From Octopus vulgaris (taxonomy: Eukaryota), in contig OX597833.1 of the NCBI GenBank assembly GCA_951406725.2, forward strand, positions 32,364,001 to 32,428,000: a stretch of DNA of 64,000 nt, in the 5' to 3' direction. Under the pieces are notes generated by a model that was given only the letters and a program-made list of their open reading frames with translations, searched no databases and was not told the DNA's origin. A program made the translations under genes and the position numbers. Shown in pieces: positions 41,787 to 55,470 of the stretch. Position 1 is the stretch's first letter. Every line of letters starts with the position of its first letter.

Positions 41787-42740
41787 TGTATATATATTTA
41801 TATATATACGTGTATGTATATATACATAAATATATATGTGGGCATGTATTTGCGTATATATTTATTTGTATATTTGTATGTGTGTCTATATATGTATGGT
41901 ATTTGTATGTATGTTTGTATTATGTGTGCGTTTTATATGTGTTCGTTCCGCAAGCTGAACGAAGTATCTAACTTTCATTAGATACTTATTGGATTGCCAT
42001 CATTTCACTCTCTCCACCTCTATCTATTTTTGCATTCTCTCCCTAATTTTCTGTTTCTTTTTCTTTTATTTCTTTTTCTTCCTTTCCCCTTTTTTCTTTC
42101 CTCCACCCACTAGGTTGGATTCAATGTTGAATTCCATGACAATTTTTTAAATCTTTTAAATGCAATATTTGCTTCTCAGAAAAGCTCTTTATCCTGTTCC
42201 AGGATAAACATGCTTTGAACCAGAGACGCGAGATCTTAAATTCCCGCAAGCACGCCACGAGGTTAAAAATATCAACCGATAAAATACCGAATGGGTAAAA
42301 TCTTTTGACTTTCGGAAAATTTTGATTGTCGCATTTGAATTTGAATTTACACCTTACTTTGTATTACAATGCTACGGTATATTTCGACTTCACTTTTAAG
42401 AAAGCCTTTGTCTGTTTTACAAATTTTACAAATGAAAGTCAAAATGCAAGTTCAAAGGATATACAAAAGGGGAAGGAAAAACAAAGTTTAAATTTGTAAA
42501 ACATATTTATTTGTATATTTGTATGTATGATTGTATTTACATGTAATTCTGTGTGCGTTTTTGTATGTGTTCGTTTCCCAAGCTGAACGAAGTATCTAAC
42601 TTTCGTTAGATACTTATTGGAATGCCATCATTTCACTCTCTCTACCTCTATCTATTTTTCCCTTTCTCTCTCTAATTTTCTGTTTCTTTTTCTTTTATTT
42701 CTTTTACTTCCTTTTCTCCTTTTCTTTCCCCCCACTTGTT
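41640..42740. repeat. Scrambled extra copies of IR-arm and spacer sequences
   Basis: 41710-42150 is a direct copy of 39070-39630 with a deletion. 42200-42420 is an inverted copy of 37258-37495. 42500-42740 is another partial copy. Confidence 0.85.
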
Positions 42741-43733
42741 ATTCTCTGATTTTTTCTTTTCTTTCTTTCGCCTGTAGCAACTAACTTGTATAAGCATGCA
42801 CCAGGAGATTTTGTGCGCATGCGTATGTGTTCGTGCATACATTTATATGCATTTGTATATATTTATGTTGCCTATATTTGTCTGTATATGTATGTAGCCC
42901 ATGTACCTACGTCTGTATGCTTAGTGTATATACGTATAATATAGATTGCTTGGTATGTGTATATATTGCTAAATGTATATGTAATTTAGCGAGAACATTT
43001 TTTAAACGGATATATCTTTTAATTTATTATTATTTTTAAAGATAATTATTTACCCTGGGTATTCAGGCCTTTTTCTTTATTTATAAGCTATTTTTGAATT
43101 AAGGCTGTCTTCGATTTTTATAGTAATATGATTTTAATCCGCAATTTGCTATTTCATGCAACTCGTTATTGAAAGGACCGGGAGTTGAAAGGACCAATGA
43201 AACAAAACCATTTTCAAATGTGTATATATCAAATTAATTATATTTCTGCATATAACTTTATCTTGCTTCATTCTAAACAAAACTTTCCGACGAACGGGAA
43301 CGGAAAACTCTGAGTAATAATTTTTGTGATATTTTTGCTGCTTTTTAATAAAGCATATTATTCTCCCTCTGGTATTCAAGTACTATTTTTCCACCTTGTT
43401 TCGCATTTATGTGCTTACTCTTGCATATATATATTTATACGCATACACACACACGCGCACGCACGCGCACACACACACACATACACACACACACACACAC
43501 ACACATATAATACATACAGATATGTAATATAGAGTGCAACGACTATTGATACATTGACATAGAAACTTAAATTCTTGAATATAAGTTATTCAATAAATAT
43601 GTATACATATATGCATATACATATATATACATATGTGTATGAATATAGGTATACGTGTGTGTATGTCTATGTGTAATGTATTCAGTGTATGTGTAATGTA
43701 TTATGTGTATTTAAAACGTTTTAGAAAACTTAC

Positions 43734-43755
43734 CCAGCAAAAGAAGGCAGAACAT
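43734..43755 (-). CDS. Serine protease (S1A) first coding exon: start of signal peptide MFCLLLL(V)
   Basis: Minus strand reads ttcag|aattccgttgaacacttgcgATGTTCTGCCTTCTTTTGCTGG|gtaagt. The phase-1 end joins the phase-1 start of the 31757 exon to give MFCLLLLVSFIAASYS, a hydrophobic signal-peptide-like N-terminus. Confidence 0.72.
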
Positions 43756-44882
43756 CGCAAGTGTTCAACGGAATTCTGAAATATAGAATTTCTAGACTTT
43801 AGTTAGTGGTCATAATATTTCTGTTATTTTGCTTGGGTATATTTAAACATTTAGCCCATTATGATAGGTTTTGGCCCATTCAACTTGACCTGTATGAAAG
43901 TCTTTTTCTACGTGGTCAATACTCGAATTGTTTGGGTGTTAAAAAACTGTATATGAGTTGTTTCACTTCAGCAACACTCCGATGCTGGTTAACCCCATTC
44001 TTATTCATGTTCTACTCACTATGATATTCCAGTTACCAAATCTTTCTGTAGATTTAAGTATTGTACCGTCAACGTACATTTTAATGAAACAGTATTTAAA
44101 AAAATGTATTTCTCTCTCATTCCTTTCTGATTTATTTACAGTTTGACATTATCACAAGGCCAGTGATTTTTGAAGGACATTAGCAGTACCTTGCGCTAAG
44201 TTTAGTGAAATAGTTATAATAGGGAACTTGAACAGGTGGGGATATTCTAGTTTTGTTTTACAAAACGTAAAGTTAGAATTAGGATGACCTTTATCAAAAG
44301 TTTTGATAAATTCGTGACCGTGCATGTTTCATATATTTGTATTAGTATTTGATATAGATTCTTAATCATGTCTGTTGTGTACTTCAAAGTAGAGATAAGC
44401 TCACAGCAAACCAAATCTCGTAGGTAACCTCAATTCCAGATTCTAGTTACGCTATTACAATTGATGCCAACAATGTACTTGAATTTGACATTATTTTAAA
44501 CAATGCATAAACTTATTTCGAGAGAAAAAGATGTTACGTCGCACGTCATTCATTTACGTAATCCTAACTTGTAGGTTTCACTTTTTGAATTTGTGGATTA
44601 CTGGAGGTCATGCAAAAAATGAACCTCCCCACCAAAAAAACCCCCCAAACCCCCCTAAATACCAGAAAACAAAAACTAACACACTAGTAAAATATACAAT
44701 GCTTTTTAAAATCACTATTTCTTAAATAAGTGCAAGGCCAGAAATATTGTAGAAAGAGAAAAGTTTATATTCATCTACATTACTAGCTTTCAAGTATCTG
44801 GGATTTAAAAACTTATTCGCACACGAACACGTTCACACAAACAAACGTACATTTATAACATGATATAAAAAATGTTTATTTA

Positions 44883-45010
44883 GGTGTAGGCGTGGGTATG
44901 TGGTAAGAAGTATGCTTCCCAACCAATCGGTTCCGGGTTTAGTCCCACTGCATGGTACCTTGGGCAAGTGTCTTCTACTATAGCTTCCGGAAATGGAAAC
45001 TGAGAGAAGC
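44883..45010 (+). mobile_element. tRNA-derived SINE (second family)
   Basis: gtggtaagaag..ttcccaacc..ggttccgggtttagtccca..ccttgggcaagtgtcttctactatagc. Related minus-strand copy at about 3505-3622. Confidence 0.78.
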
Positions 45011-45015
45011 TCGTC

Positions 45016-45051
<36 letters not shown>

Positions 45052-45508
45052 CGATCGACCAGACTATCAGACGTTGTTACACATCGCCGGTTACGATGCG
45101 CTTTCGATCGTTTTAGGCTTCGAATGATGTCACACTGTTGACTAGATGAGCAGGTCAACATTCCCCGCTGATCGAAAGGGGCGCTGAAGTAACGTGAAAT
45201 GAAGTGTTTTGCTCAAGAACACAAAGCGCCGTCCGGTTGGGAAATCTAACCCACGACCTAGCAATAGTGAGTGCAACAACCTAACCACTAGGCCACGTGC
45301 TGCATGGCTACAGTCAAATGACTGAAACAAATAAAAGAATATATATATAATTATATATATTATAATTTAGGATATCTACGAGATACCGCCATGCTGAAGA
45401 TAGCAGCCAGAATCTGACTCTAAAACCACCTTAAATGTTCATATAGCACAAGGAGAGAAGACAAAAAGACAAAAAGACAAAATAAAACTAGTAAAAAATT
45501 ACTGGATA

Positions 45509-45567
45509 ATTCCAGATCCCGGATTTCTGGCTTTGCATTTAGAAATGCTTTGCCTCATCAGTGGAAT
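45509..45567 (-). ncRNA. Type I hammerhead ribozyme motif (inverted copy)
   Basis: Reverse complement of 45915-45973. Confidence 0.78.
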
Positions 45568-45914
45568 ATACTCAGAAAGTAACATAAATACACATATATA
45601 TGTATACATACAACGTACGAATACTTTACCTTGAAGGTTTTTATTTCCATGCTGGCCACTTAATAGGATCATTATTTAATTTGAATTAACGATCTTATTC
45701 TTATTTATATAAATTTTAAATTTATTTAATCATTGCATTTACTGCAGTGATGTTTTAACCATATCGAACAGGGAGTTACGAAGCGGACAATTTAAACTGG
45801 TCGTGTTGCATACGTGCATATATATATATATATGTATATGTTCGTATATGTAAGTATTCGTATGTTGTATGTATATATATATATATGTGTGTATTTATGT
45901 TACTTTCTGAGTAT

Positions 45915-45973
45915 ATTCCACTGATGAGGCAAAGCATTTCTAAATGCAAAGCCAGAAATCCGGGATCTGGAAT
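45915..45973 (+). ncRNA. Type I hammerhead ribozyme motif
   Basis: ATTCCA-CTGATGA-GGCaaaGCATTTctAAATGCaaaGCCa-GAAA-TCcggGA-TC-TGGAAT. 6-bp stem I, intact core, AUC triplet. Confidence 0.78.
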
Positions 45974-46429
45974 TATCCAGTAATTTTTTACTAGTTTTAT
46001 TTTGTCTTTTTGTCTTCTCTCCTTGTGCTGTATGAACATTTAAGGTGGTTTTAATATCAGAGGCTGGCTGCTATTTTCAGCATGGAAGTATCTCGTAGAT
46101 ACCCCAAATTATAATTTTAATAATAATTATTACCTTTCAAGGTTTTTATTTCCATGCTGGCCACTTGATAGGATCGTTATCTAATTTAAATTAACGATCT
46201 TATCCTTATTTATATAATTATATATAGATATATATAAACGACGGGTTTACTTATATATATATGTGTGTGTGTGTGTATGTGTGTGTATGTGTGTGCTGGG
46301 TGTGATGCTATTAGAAGCTAACAATCCACTCTGAGTACCAGAAGAAATGTTGCTAACACTGAACCGTAATAGAAATGCGAAACGTGTGTAACTGTGAAAC
46401 ATGTTTTAACTTGTCAGAGATAAATTTTG

Positions 46430-47200
46430 ATAAATCTATCATCAATTTCTTGGATGCACTTTGACCACAGTCTATGGGTCGCTGTTATGTGTTTTGATAG
46501 TGGGCGGATCCAGCACATTGAGGTTGTAGGAAATGACATGTTCAATACCGTGTATGCCCTCCTGGATGTTCAAAATGGCCATACACTGTCGGTACATGGA
46601 GTGCATGACGCGGTTCACAAAAGCCATTGGTATCTGTACCCTCACTCTGAGGAAAGTTGCCTCCACTCTATACGAGTTGTCGGCCTTGCGACTACCAGGT
46701 TCAGCCGTCCCTGGATTTCATCCTACAGGTGTTCAATTGGGTTCAAATCCGGATTGAGAGCCTGAAGCGGCATGGTTCTAATGTTGTGCTGACGCAGGAA
46801 GTCCGTGGTGACCCTGGCCGTGTGGGAGGGAGCATTGCCCTGCTGGAACACTTGGCAATGGTGACGCGAGATGGGCATGATGTGAGGTCTTAGGATCTGG
46901 TCAACGTAGCGCTGCGCTATGATGTCATTCCTTCTACTTGTAGCAACATTTTGGAACACGTGGGGCCCAATTCTCTGATTCAGGCCTATTACATCCCAAA
47001 CCATGATGCTTTGGCCACCCCACACATCTCTTTTCATGACACATACGTCTGTGTAGCGTTCACCTCTCCTACACCACAGCCTCACTCTGCCATCCGAGGT
47101 GGAAATGCAGTACCGCCTCTCGTCAGAGAAGACTATCGACCTCCATTATTCATATCACCAATGTCCGTGCTGTGTAGCCCACTGTAGTCATGCCTGATGG
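46430..47200 (-). mobile_element. Tc1/mariner transposase relic
   Basis: WRSIVFSDERRY, GGQSIMVW, FQQGNAPSHTA, NPDLNPIEHL (degenerate DD34E catalytic domain). Confidence 0.88.
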
Positions 47201-47439
47201 TGGCGGGCGGTGAGGAAGGCCCTCGAACAGGACGAGCAGGACAAGCAGGAGGAGCAGGACGAGCAGGACGAGCAACGCAGGTTGTTGGTGGCCAGTCGAC
47301 GTCATACTGTGTCGTCGCAGATGAGTCGCTGTCGAGTGCCAATGGTCTCGCGAGCTGTCACACTGGCCGGTCTGAAGTGATTTCGGATTTGACCGAATAA
47401 TATGATGTGGATGATCGAGCGTCGGTGGAGATAAATTTG

Positions 47440-50400
47440 GGATACGTGGGCTTGCAGAATAACTCTGTCACTATTCTCCTTCCAGGAAACTTAACTCTTG
47501 TGTCCAAAAATTTCATGCTAGCTTTTGAAAAACTAGACGTAAATTTTATGTTGGACTTGAAACCACAACAGTCACAGAAATACAAGAAAGCAATTAAACT
47601 ATCCTGTGATTCCTCCCAAACAAAAAAGACGTCATTAATGAACCGTAGCTAAAGTATTGGTTCATAACCATGAAAGGATCTGAATGTCTTCAGTAGCTGT
47701 GTCTCGAATGTCGTCATGGGAGTACCCATTGCTGGTAAAATCTTTGTCCAAATTTCATTGTGTTACTTTGTTACACAAATCTCAATAAGCTACAGAGAAA
47801 ATATGATGGAATACTGTTGTTTGACCGCTTTTCGAAGGCATCCATGCATGCTTCTAACCCTTCATCCTGGTCAATATTGGGATATAAGGAAGAAACATCC
47901 ATGGTTACCAAAAAACAGTTCTCGACACAGCCTCGGTGCTTAAAAAAGTTGTTGATTTTAGACACAAAATCAAAGTATCCCGAATATAGGAACTAGATCT
48001 TTTTGCTACAAGGAGTAGAAAGTCATGCAGCCATTCCGAAATCTTGGCTGTACAGCATTCATATCCGCTGCAAATTGTGGGTGCATTGAAGGAAATCTTT
48101 CGAACTTTTTGTGTATTTTAGGGAGACCATGAAATACAGGTGTTCTTTCTGAACGTAAAATCCTGGATTCGGCCTTATTAATAAAATTGTTTTCCTCCAT
48201 TTCCAGAATTATTTTGTGAAGTTCCTCTCTGTAATTGGAGTTTGGATCGACAGGTAATTCTTCCTATGAAGTTTTATCATTTAAAACTTCACAAGCCGAA
48301 ATGTACTCACTTTTGTCCATATTTACGATAGCGCCTTTATCTGCCACTTTAATAATAGAATCGTTATTAGCTAGACGTCGGCGTACGTAACGTTAGGAAT
48401 TTGTGAGGTTATTCCAGAACTTCTTTCCAGTTTTGAGGCTTTTTCTAATACCTGTCTGATAAGATTCAAGAAATTCCAGTAGTGCTTGTGAACGTCCATC
48501 CCGAACTTTTTCTGGATACCAATTGGGATTCTTTTCAATCCAATTATGCCAGATTTGATGATCACCATTTTAATTTTCAGTAAGCATAGGGTTTTCTGAC
48601 TCCTCGTTACCAGTTTTTCCAAAAAATATTCCTTCAGCTTGTGACGGCGGACAAACTGAAATAGCTCAAGCTAGTTTATTCTTGTCGAAATTCTTAGTGC
48701 TTGAGCAGAAACTCAGTCCAAGCTCCAAGACTGAGACATCGTCGGGCGAAAGTCTTAGTATAGATAAATTTATGACTGACTTATTCTCTAGTGTGATGGA
48801 TTTTCTCGGGCAAATGGTTTTCAGAAGCTTACCATCATTAGATTCCTGACTACTTTTTGGGATTTGCTCGAAATCTTCACTTAAAACACGGAACCTATTG
48901 GGTGATAAAATTTGTTCTGAATGTTCACGTGAGAAGTTATATTTTTAGTCGTCTTTCTAGGGGTAATCCATTTCTGGGTTGGTGATAGAAAGTGAGTGAC
49001 TTCTGTGGTTTTTGTAGACATTTGAAAAACTTTCGGGAAAAAAAAAAATTATTGTTTTCGACGCAAAATCTTAAATGTGCTCACATTTTTGACTGATCGT
49101 TTCCAATGACCACTTCAAATACATACGCCAGGGAAAAGGCCACAATCATATGCGTCAACTCGGGGATTAGTTATATAAAGTTGTTGAACTGCAGGAATAA
49201 CGGTTGTTTGTGGAGAGTACATTGTTATTTGTACTATTAGGTCCTGTGAAACTGGTAAGTTCAAAATGTCATAAATATAATCATCTCCGAAAAATTGGTC
49301 GACAAAACAAAATGATTGTTCCTGGTGCGATGAATGAATAGTATGCGATGTCGACTGTATTTTAGAAATTTCGTGTGAGAAAAAATGGTCGATGGTATTG
49401 AAATTTCAGGAATATTTTCCGCTACAATTTTCAAACCGGCGTCAATATCACTTAATATTTGTCACAAAAGTAAAAATGACTTCTCCTCATATTGCAAAGC
49501 AAATGTTCTCAACCAAAATGTTTCCTTGCCCACTGGCTCAGGGGAATGGGAAATCAGCTTTTTCAGCTACTTTTCTTTTTTTGTCTTCAGGGCCGAAATT
49601 TCTTTTTTTTTTCAAAGTTCATCAAACAGTTATATAAATAATTCAAACGATTTTTAGAACATACCTTTTCAAAGACACTATTTTAAAAGGATTGACGTAA
49701 CTCTTCACAAAGACAATTACTGTCTGCACCAAGCAGTATTAATTTTGAACGATAGTGTTCAATAATAGCTTCCATTACGTTAAATGATTTGATCTCACCA
49801 ATTAATTTAATCTTTTGAAGCAATGAATTGATGCACTCATTGGTATATTGATGTAAGACCGTCCAGTATAACTTTTCGTGTTTGCATGTTTCCAGAAATG
49901 ATAAATGGCTTTTGATTTCAGCACGAAAACGATTAAGTTTTTTCACTGATACGAATGTCGATTTCTCAATTTCTGATTCGTATTTGAATGGTACGAAATC
50001 CATTGGCCCAGGACTGGGCTCAACACTGGGTTCAAGCCAGTTGTAAGAAGGAATAAAACGCAACAGCTGTAATTTACACTACGATTTTCCTTAGACACTG
50101 CTTTGATAACTTCCAGAATTTCTATATGTTTCAATTCTTATTCTGTGTACCATAAAATCAATCATCTCTATCTACTTGATTTTGATATTTTAAAAGGATT
50201 GACGTAACTCTTCACAAAGGTAAACAGTCAAGACAAAAAGCGTGATTAGATTGTAACAGATATTTTATTGGTCAAACGATATTTCGACAGTAAGCCTGCC
50301 TTTGTTGAGTTCAAAATAAGTGATAAAAATTCAAAATTATAGAAATTTAAATTTGAAGTATGAACGAGAGAAACCAGCGCCCACACGTTGATGGAATGAC

Positions 50401-50480
50401 ATCAGTATTTAAGTTTCACTTTTATAACAGACGAAAAGAAAAAAAAAAAACAGAGAAAAGGCAGAAAAATAGAGGAGAGT
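47440..50480 (-). mobile_element. Penelope-like element 5' part (pLTR + N-terminus + RT), degraded
   Basis: VLELGLSFC, IKVADKGA, PVFHGLPKIHK, FLVTMDVSSLYPNI, AMGTPM, FLDTRV..TELFCKPT. Confidence 0.88.
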
Positions 50481-50539
50481 AAAAAAGAAAGGGAAAAAGA
50501 ATATTTAATCAAACGGTTTTGTATAAATTTGATGATATT

Positions 50540-51800
50540 CCCCTGTCATATTATTCATTCCTCCGGGGCGTTCATACACATCATATTATTCGGTCAAATC
50601 TGAAATCCTAATTTTTGAGGATACAACGGATATGTACTGACATAAGGGATTACTGGAAACATGCAAATACTTTTGTACATCATCATGTCAAGTGCGGTTA
50701 CAGTGAATCACGATTAAAGGAAATAGCAAATGAAATAGCTAAGATTAGCAAAGATAGTCAAACCTTCACGCATAATTTTAGCAAATACAATACAATAGAT
50801 GATAGAATTTCTATAGTGATTAACTGGCACCGAAATTTCGCTGGCATTTCAAATGTTGCAATGAAAGCTACCGGCATGTGGCGAAAAAATATCTGCGTTT
50901 CAAACAGATTTTTCCTCAGCCGCCTACTGTAGCCTTTCGACGGAATAAATATATAAGAGATTTATTTCTGACTCCAAGAAAACGAACATTGTAGTATCTG
51001 CACGCTGTACCTTGAAAAACAGTCGCAGGAGAGGTAAGCCTTGTTCATTGTGCAACAACATGAGTCAAGTGGATACCATCAGGAATCATAACAGAAATGT
51101 TTATACAGAAGGTAGGACATGAAGAGATTCCAATTTGGTATACGCGGCAAAATGCACGAAATACAACCTGATTTATGTTGGTTGTATAATAGAACAATTA
51201 AACAAAAGATTTGATGGGCACAGATTGGATGTCAGGCACAATAACAGTAGTTCCACAGAACTTGATTAACATTTTGCTTCAAAGATTTGATGGGCACAGA
51301 TTGGATGTCAGGCACAATAACAGTAGTTCCACAGAACTTGATTAACATTTTGCTTCAAACGGCTGCAATTTTGAAAAAGACTTGAAAGTGCATATTCTAA
51401 GAAAATATTCTGAATCTGTTTCACTTTCACTTCTCAAAATACACGAGGAGAAATATGTTTGCGGGTTATTAACATCACGCCCTGGAGGAATGAATAACAG
51501 GAGAATATCATCAAATTTATACTAAACTCTTTGATTCTTCTGTTTTCTTTTTCTTTTTTCTTTCCTCTTTCTGTCTTTTTTATCTACCTTTTTCTTTTCG
51601 CCTTTATAAAATTGAAACTTTAAGGCTGATGATGTCATTCCATCAACGTTTGGAGGCTGGTTTCTCTCGTTCATACTTTAAATATAAATTTCAATAATTT
51701 TGAATTTTTATCACTTCTTACTTTGAACTCGACAAAGACAGGCTTACTATCGAAATATCGTTTGACCAATAAAATATCTGTTACAATCGAATCTCGCTCT
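50540..51800 (+). mobile_element. Penelope-like element 3' part (thumb, Cys-rich linker, GIY-YIG endonuclease) + pLTR
   Basis: LRIQRICT, PTVAFRR, PCSLC, NLVYAAKC..LIYVG..LNKRFDGHR. 51600-51790 is an inverted copy of 50248-50430. Internal ~77-bp tandem duplication at about 51205-51357. Confidence 0.85.
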
Positions 51801-51847
51801 TCTTCTTGACTGTTTACTTTTGTGAAGAGTTACATCAAACTTTTTAA

Positions 51848-51924
<77 letters not shown>

Positions 51925-51949
51925 CAACAACAGCAAAGTCTCACTGATA

Positions 51950-53352
51950 TGCAGAATATGGATAGAAAGATCCCTAAAATCTTTACAAGGTACCGAATGC
52001 ACCATCCAAGATCAGATGTAGACAAGATTTATCTCCCACGAAAAATAGGTTGAAGAGACCTGATACAGCTCGAACAATCTTTCAAATCAGCAATAATAGG
52101 CCTTCAAACGTACCTTAATACGACAAGTGATGTTTTCTTACGAACTGCACTGAAACATGAAAATTCCAAGTAAGCTTCAGTCATGATGCTTAGTCAGAAA
52201 TTAAAAAAAAGTCTCTTGGCCTGTAAGTTAGCAATAAGAATGACCAAAGACACCCAAATACTGACAGATCTACCATTGCTTCTCTTGATTTAGAAATTAA
52301 CAATCAGAAAGACAGTCTAGATCCAAATAGTGACAAACCTAATATCACTGAGGCTTGCATGAATAATATTGTAGACAACTGGAAAGGTAAACTCCTGCAT
52401 GGAAAATACCCTAACCGTCTGTCCAAGCCAGATATTGATCAAAATCTAACACACCAATGGCTGCAAAGGATAGGTCTGAAAGTGGAAACAGAAGGTATTG
52501 TTATTGCAGCGCAAGATCAGAGCTTACCGACCAGAAACTACCATGCAAACATCTTTAAAGATGGATTTAACCCCTAGTGCAGAATTTGCAGAAAATTCAG
52601 AGACAATTCCGGCTGCCCAGTGCACGCTGAAAAGGAGTACCTCATAAGACATAACAGACTAGGGCAGTACATCCACTGGAATGCTTGTAAATACTATAAA
52701 ATAATATCAATGTTAAGTGGTACACGCACCATCCAGAGGATGTAGTTAATGGCGAGGACGTCACCATCCTTTGGAACTTCCCAATACAGAAAAAATTACA
52801 AGACATTATGATCAAGGACTGCAACAGAGGAACATAATAATAAAAATGATAATAATGCGAATAGGCCAGGCATTATATTGACGGGCTTGAAACAAAAAAC
52901 ATGCCTCCTCATCGATATGACTATTCCAATCGACATAAATATATGTGTCAAGACCGACCAAAAACTGAGCGAGTATAAAGATCTTGAAATAGAAATTGGC
53001 AAAATGTGGAACCTCAAGACTAAAACAATACCTGTTGTCATAGGTGCCCTAGGAATAATAGCAAAAAGGCCTGATTCCTACCTAGTTCATATACCAGGAA
53101 ATCCAAAAATGGCAGAAATTCAAAAAATAGTGCCCATATATATCCTACCTAAAATACTGTCTATATAATCTCAAATTTTAAAACAAACCGATAATTTTCT
53201 GATGTTTTTTTAAACATTCTCTAGAACAATACTTTGTGGAAAACAAAATATATGGCACCCTAGTCATAACATCAAATTGAACTTCTAACTTGTTGTCTCT
53301 TGAGGTCTCTGCGTGAGACTTGGAGTCAGCTTGTACAAATACAAAGCAAAAG
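51950..53352 (+). mobile_element. Degraded 5'-truncated R4/Dong-like element
   Basis: MHHPRSD, LHGKYP, ETEG..IAAQDQSL.TRNY, KTIPVVIGALG. (AAT)n flanks. Confidence 0.85.
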
Positions 53353-53374
53353 TAATAATAACAATAACAATAAC

Positions 53375-53430
<56 letters not shown>

Positions 53431-53619
53431 TACTAATAAGCGTTTTACATCCTACGTAAATGTGTTTTATATTCTACGTAAAACACTTTCAATACAATAA
53501 CAATAAAAGCATCACAACAGACAACAGCACATACCCAAGGCGCACAGAACTGCGCTCAATTTGTGCAATGAAAGCACGTAATAAAAATAAGATTACTGAA
53601 GAATAATAATAAATTAACG

Positions 53620-54500
53620 AGCTATAAGAAGTTCCTCATGTTATTTATAGCTTCAATATGTTGAACTGGAATATCAGTGAAATATAGAAAATTAACAGGA
53701 AAATACGTAAGCTGCTAACTTGCAATAAGATGCATCACCCAATGCAAGACGCAGATCGTTTTTACCTTCTCACACCCCAAGGAGGTCAAGGCTTGATCCA
53801 ATTTGAAATCTCTTTCAAAACTACCACAATTGGACAGGCTAAATATCTTGAAACGTATAATCATTGGGTGTTAAACCTGGTAGAAAATCACGAGAGAACT
53901 AAGAAGCTTCATTCTATAATGGAGAACAAAAACGTGGTAGGGAGTTCATGAATAATACCCAGCTTGAATAGTATGATGGAAGCGCGGCAGCTGTTATTGC
54001 AAACAAGGTGAAATCAATGATAAAGAAAGAAGCCTATGAACAATTGGCTGATAGGTGAGAGCAAAACCTCTGCATGGCAAATGTGTGGCCCGTAGCAAAG
54101 AAGCTGATGTAGAAAAGAAGCACACTACGGAGCTCAGGGATAAAAACAGGATATGGAAGCTTAATCTTAGCTGCTCAAGATCAAAGATTATTGACTTGGA
54201 ACTACCAATCCAATGGGATGAAAACTAGAATAGATCCGATGTGCCGGTACTGCAACGATGAGATTGAAACAGTGGACCGCCTAATCTCTGGATACAAAGT
54301 TTTAGCACCCACAGAGTATAAATCAAGACATGGGAGAGTTGGCCAATAACTACACTGGTTAATATGTTGGCATCATAAAATCAAAACTGCTGGCAAATGG
54401 TATAAGTATCAACCTGAGGCTGAAACTGAGGAAGAAAATGTAGCGATTCTTTGAGACTTCCCAGTACATACAGACCGGACCATCAAAGCTAACAAACCGA
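53620..54500 (+). mobile_element. Degraded R4/Dong-like fragment
   Basis: MHHP...GGQGLIQ, AAQDQ, CRYC..ETVD.L.SG remnants. Confidence 0.75.
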
Positions 54501-55169
54501 AAGGAAGGTGGCGTTCGTTTTGTGTTTTTAAATGTTTATTAGTATTTTCAGAGAAGACCGATACATGCATCGCAAGAAAATTAGATACATAGATAGAAAG
54601 AAAAGTAGATACATAGATACATAGACACATTGTTAAATCAAAGACAAATAACTAAAGCAAATATTGGATATCACTTTCACTTTTCATTATCACACGAGGA
54701 TAAAATTAACGCGCAAACTCCACAGACATGCATACCATTAACGTAGTTCTCAGGGAGATTCAACCTCACACTGAATGTGACAAGGCTAACCCCTTTCAAT
54801 TATAGCTACAACTCATTTTGGTCAGCTGAATGGACTGGAGCAAGATAAACCTTCAAGTGATTGGAAGAAAACGAAAAAAGATCCTAATTAGTGGCAGGAA
54901 AATCTTTTTAATCTTTAGGTTCACTATGGGTGTTAATTCTGGTCCTAACAACAGCATTCGTGGGTCTCACAAATCTAAAGGCCCAAGCCCACAGATAAAC
55001 ACCGATGCACAGGCTGTTGTAACAAACTGAGTGTAAGTCGAGGGTGATGGCATTACACGACGGAATAGCAATTATTTCCTCTTAGCTTTCACTGCTTATA
55101 CTAAACACATGAAATATTTTCCTTACGATATGGAACAGTTCCTTTTCTTTCACTCTTTTTAAAAACTGA

Positions 55170-55470
55170 AGCACTGTCGGTTACGACGACGAGGTTCCTG
55201 TTTATTTGATCAACGGAACAGTTTGCTGGTGAAATTGACGGCAATTGACTAAGTACTCCACAAACATGCATACCATTAACATAGTTCTCAGGGAGATTCA
55301 GCCCCACACAGAATGTCACAAGGCTGGACCCTTTCAATTACAGCTACAACTCATTTCTGCCAGCTGAGTGGACTGCAGCAAAGTGAAGTAGAGTACCTTG
55401 CTCACCGGAAATCGTACTCATGATCTTACTATCGTGGGACGAATACCCCTAACCACTGAGCCACGCACCT
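55170..55470 (-). mobile_element. tRNA-derived SINE (third family); partial copies at about 54710-54850 and 45170-45300
   Basis: Minus strand starts ggtgcgtggctcagtggttagggg...ggtgagcaagg. Shared body with 54720-54840. Confidence 0.7.

Larger units (their letters stand above)
45361..46215. mobile_element. PLE-type pseudo-LTR cassette: inverted ~260-bp repeats (45361-45627 / 45852-46113) plus an ~85-bp direct repeat (45627-45710 / 46131-46215)
   Basis: Repeats are directly visible and each inverted arm contains a hammerhead. Lies in an AT/TA-rich context. Confidence 0.7.
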
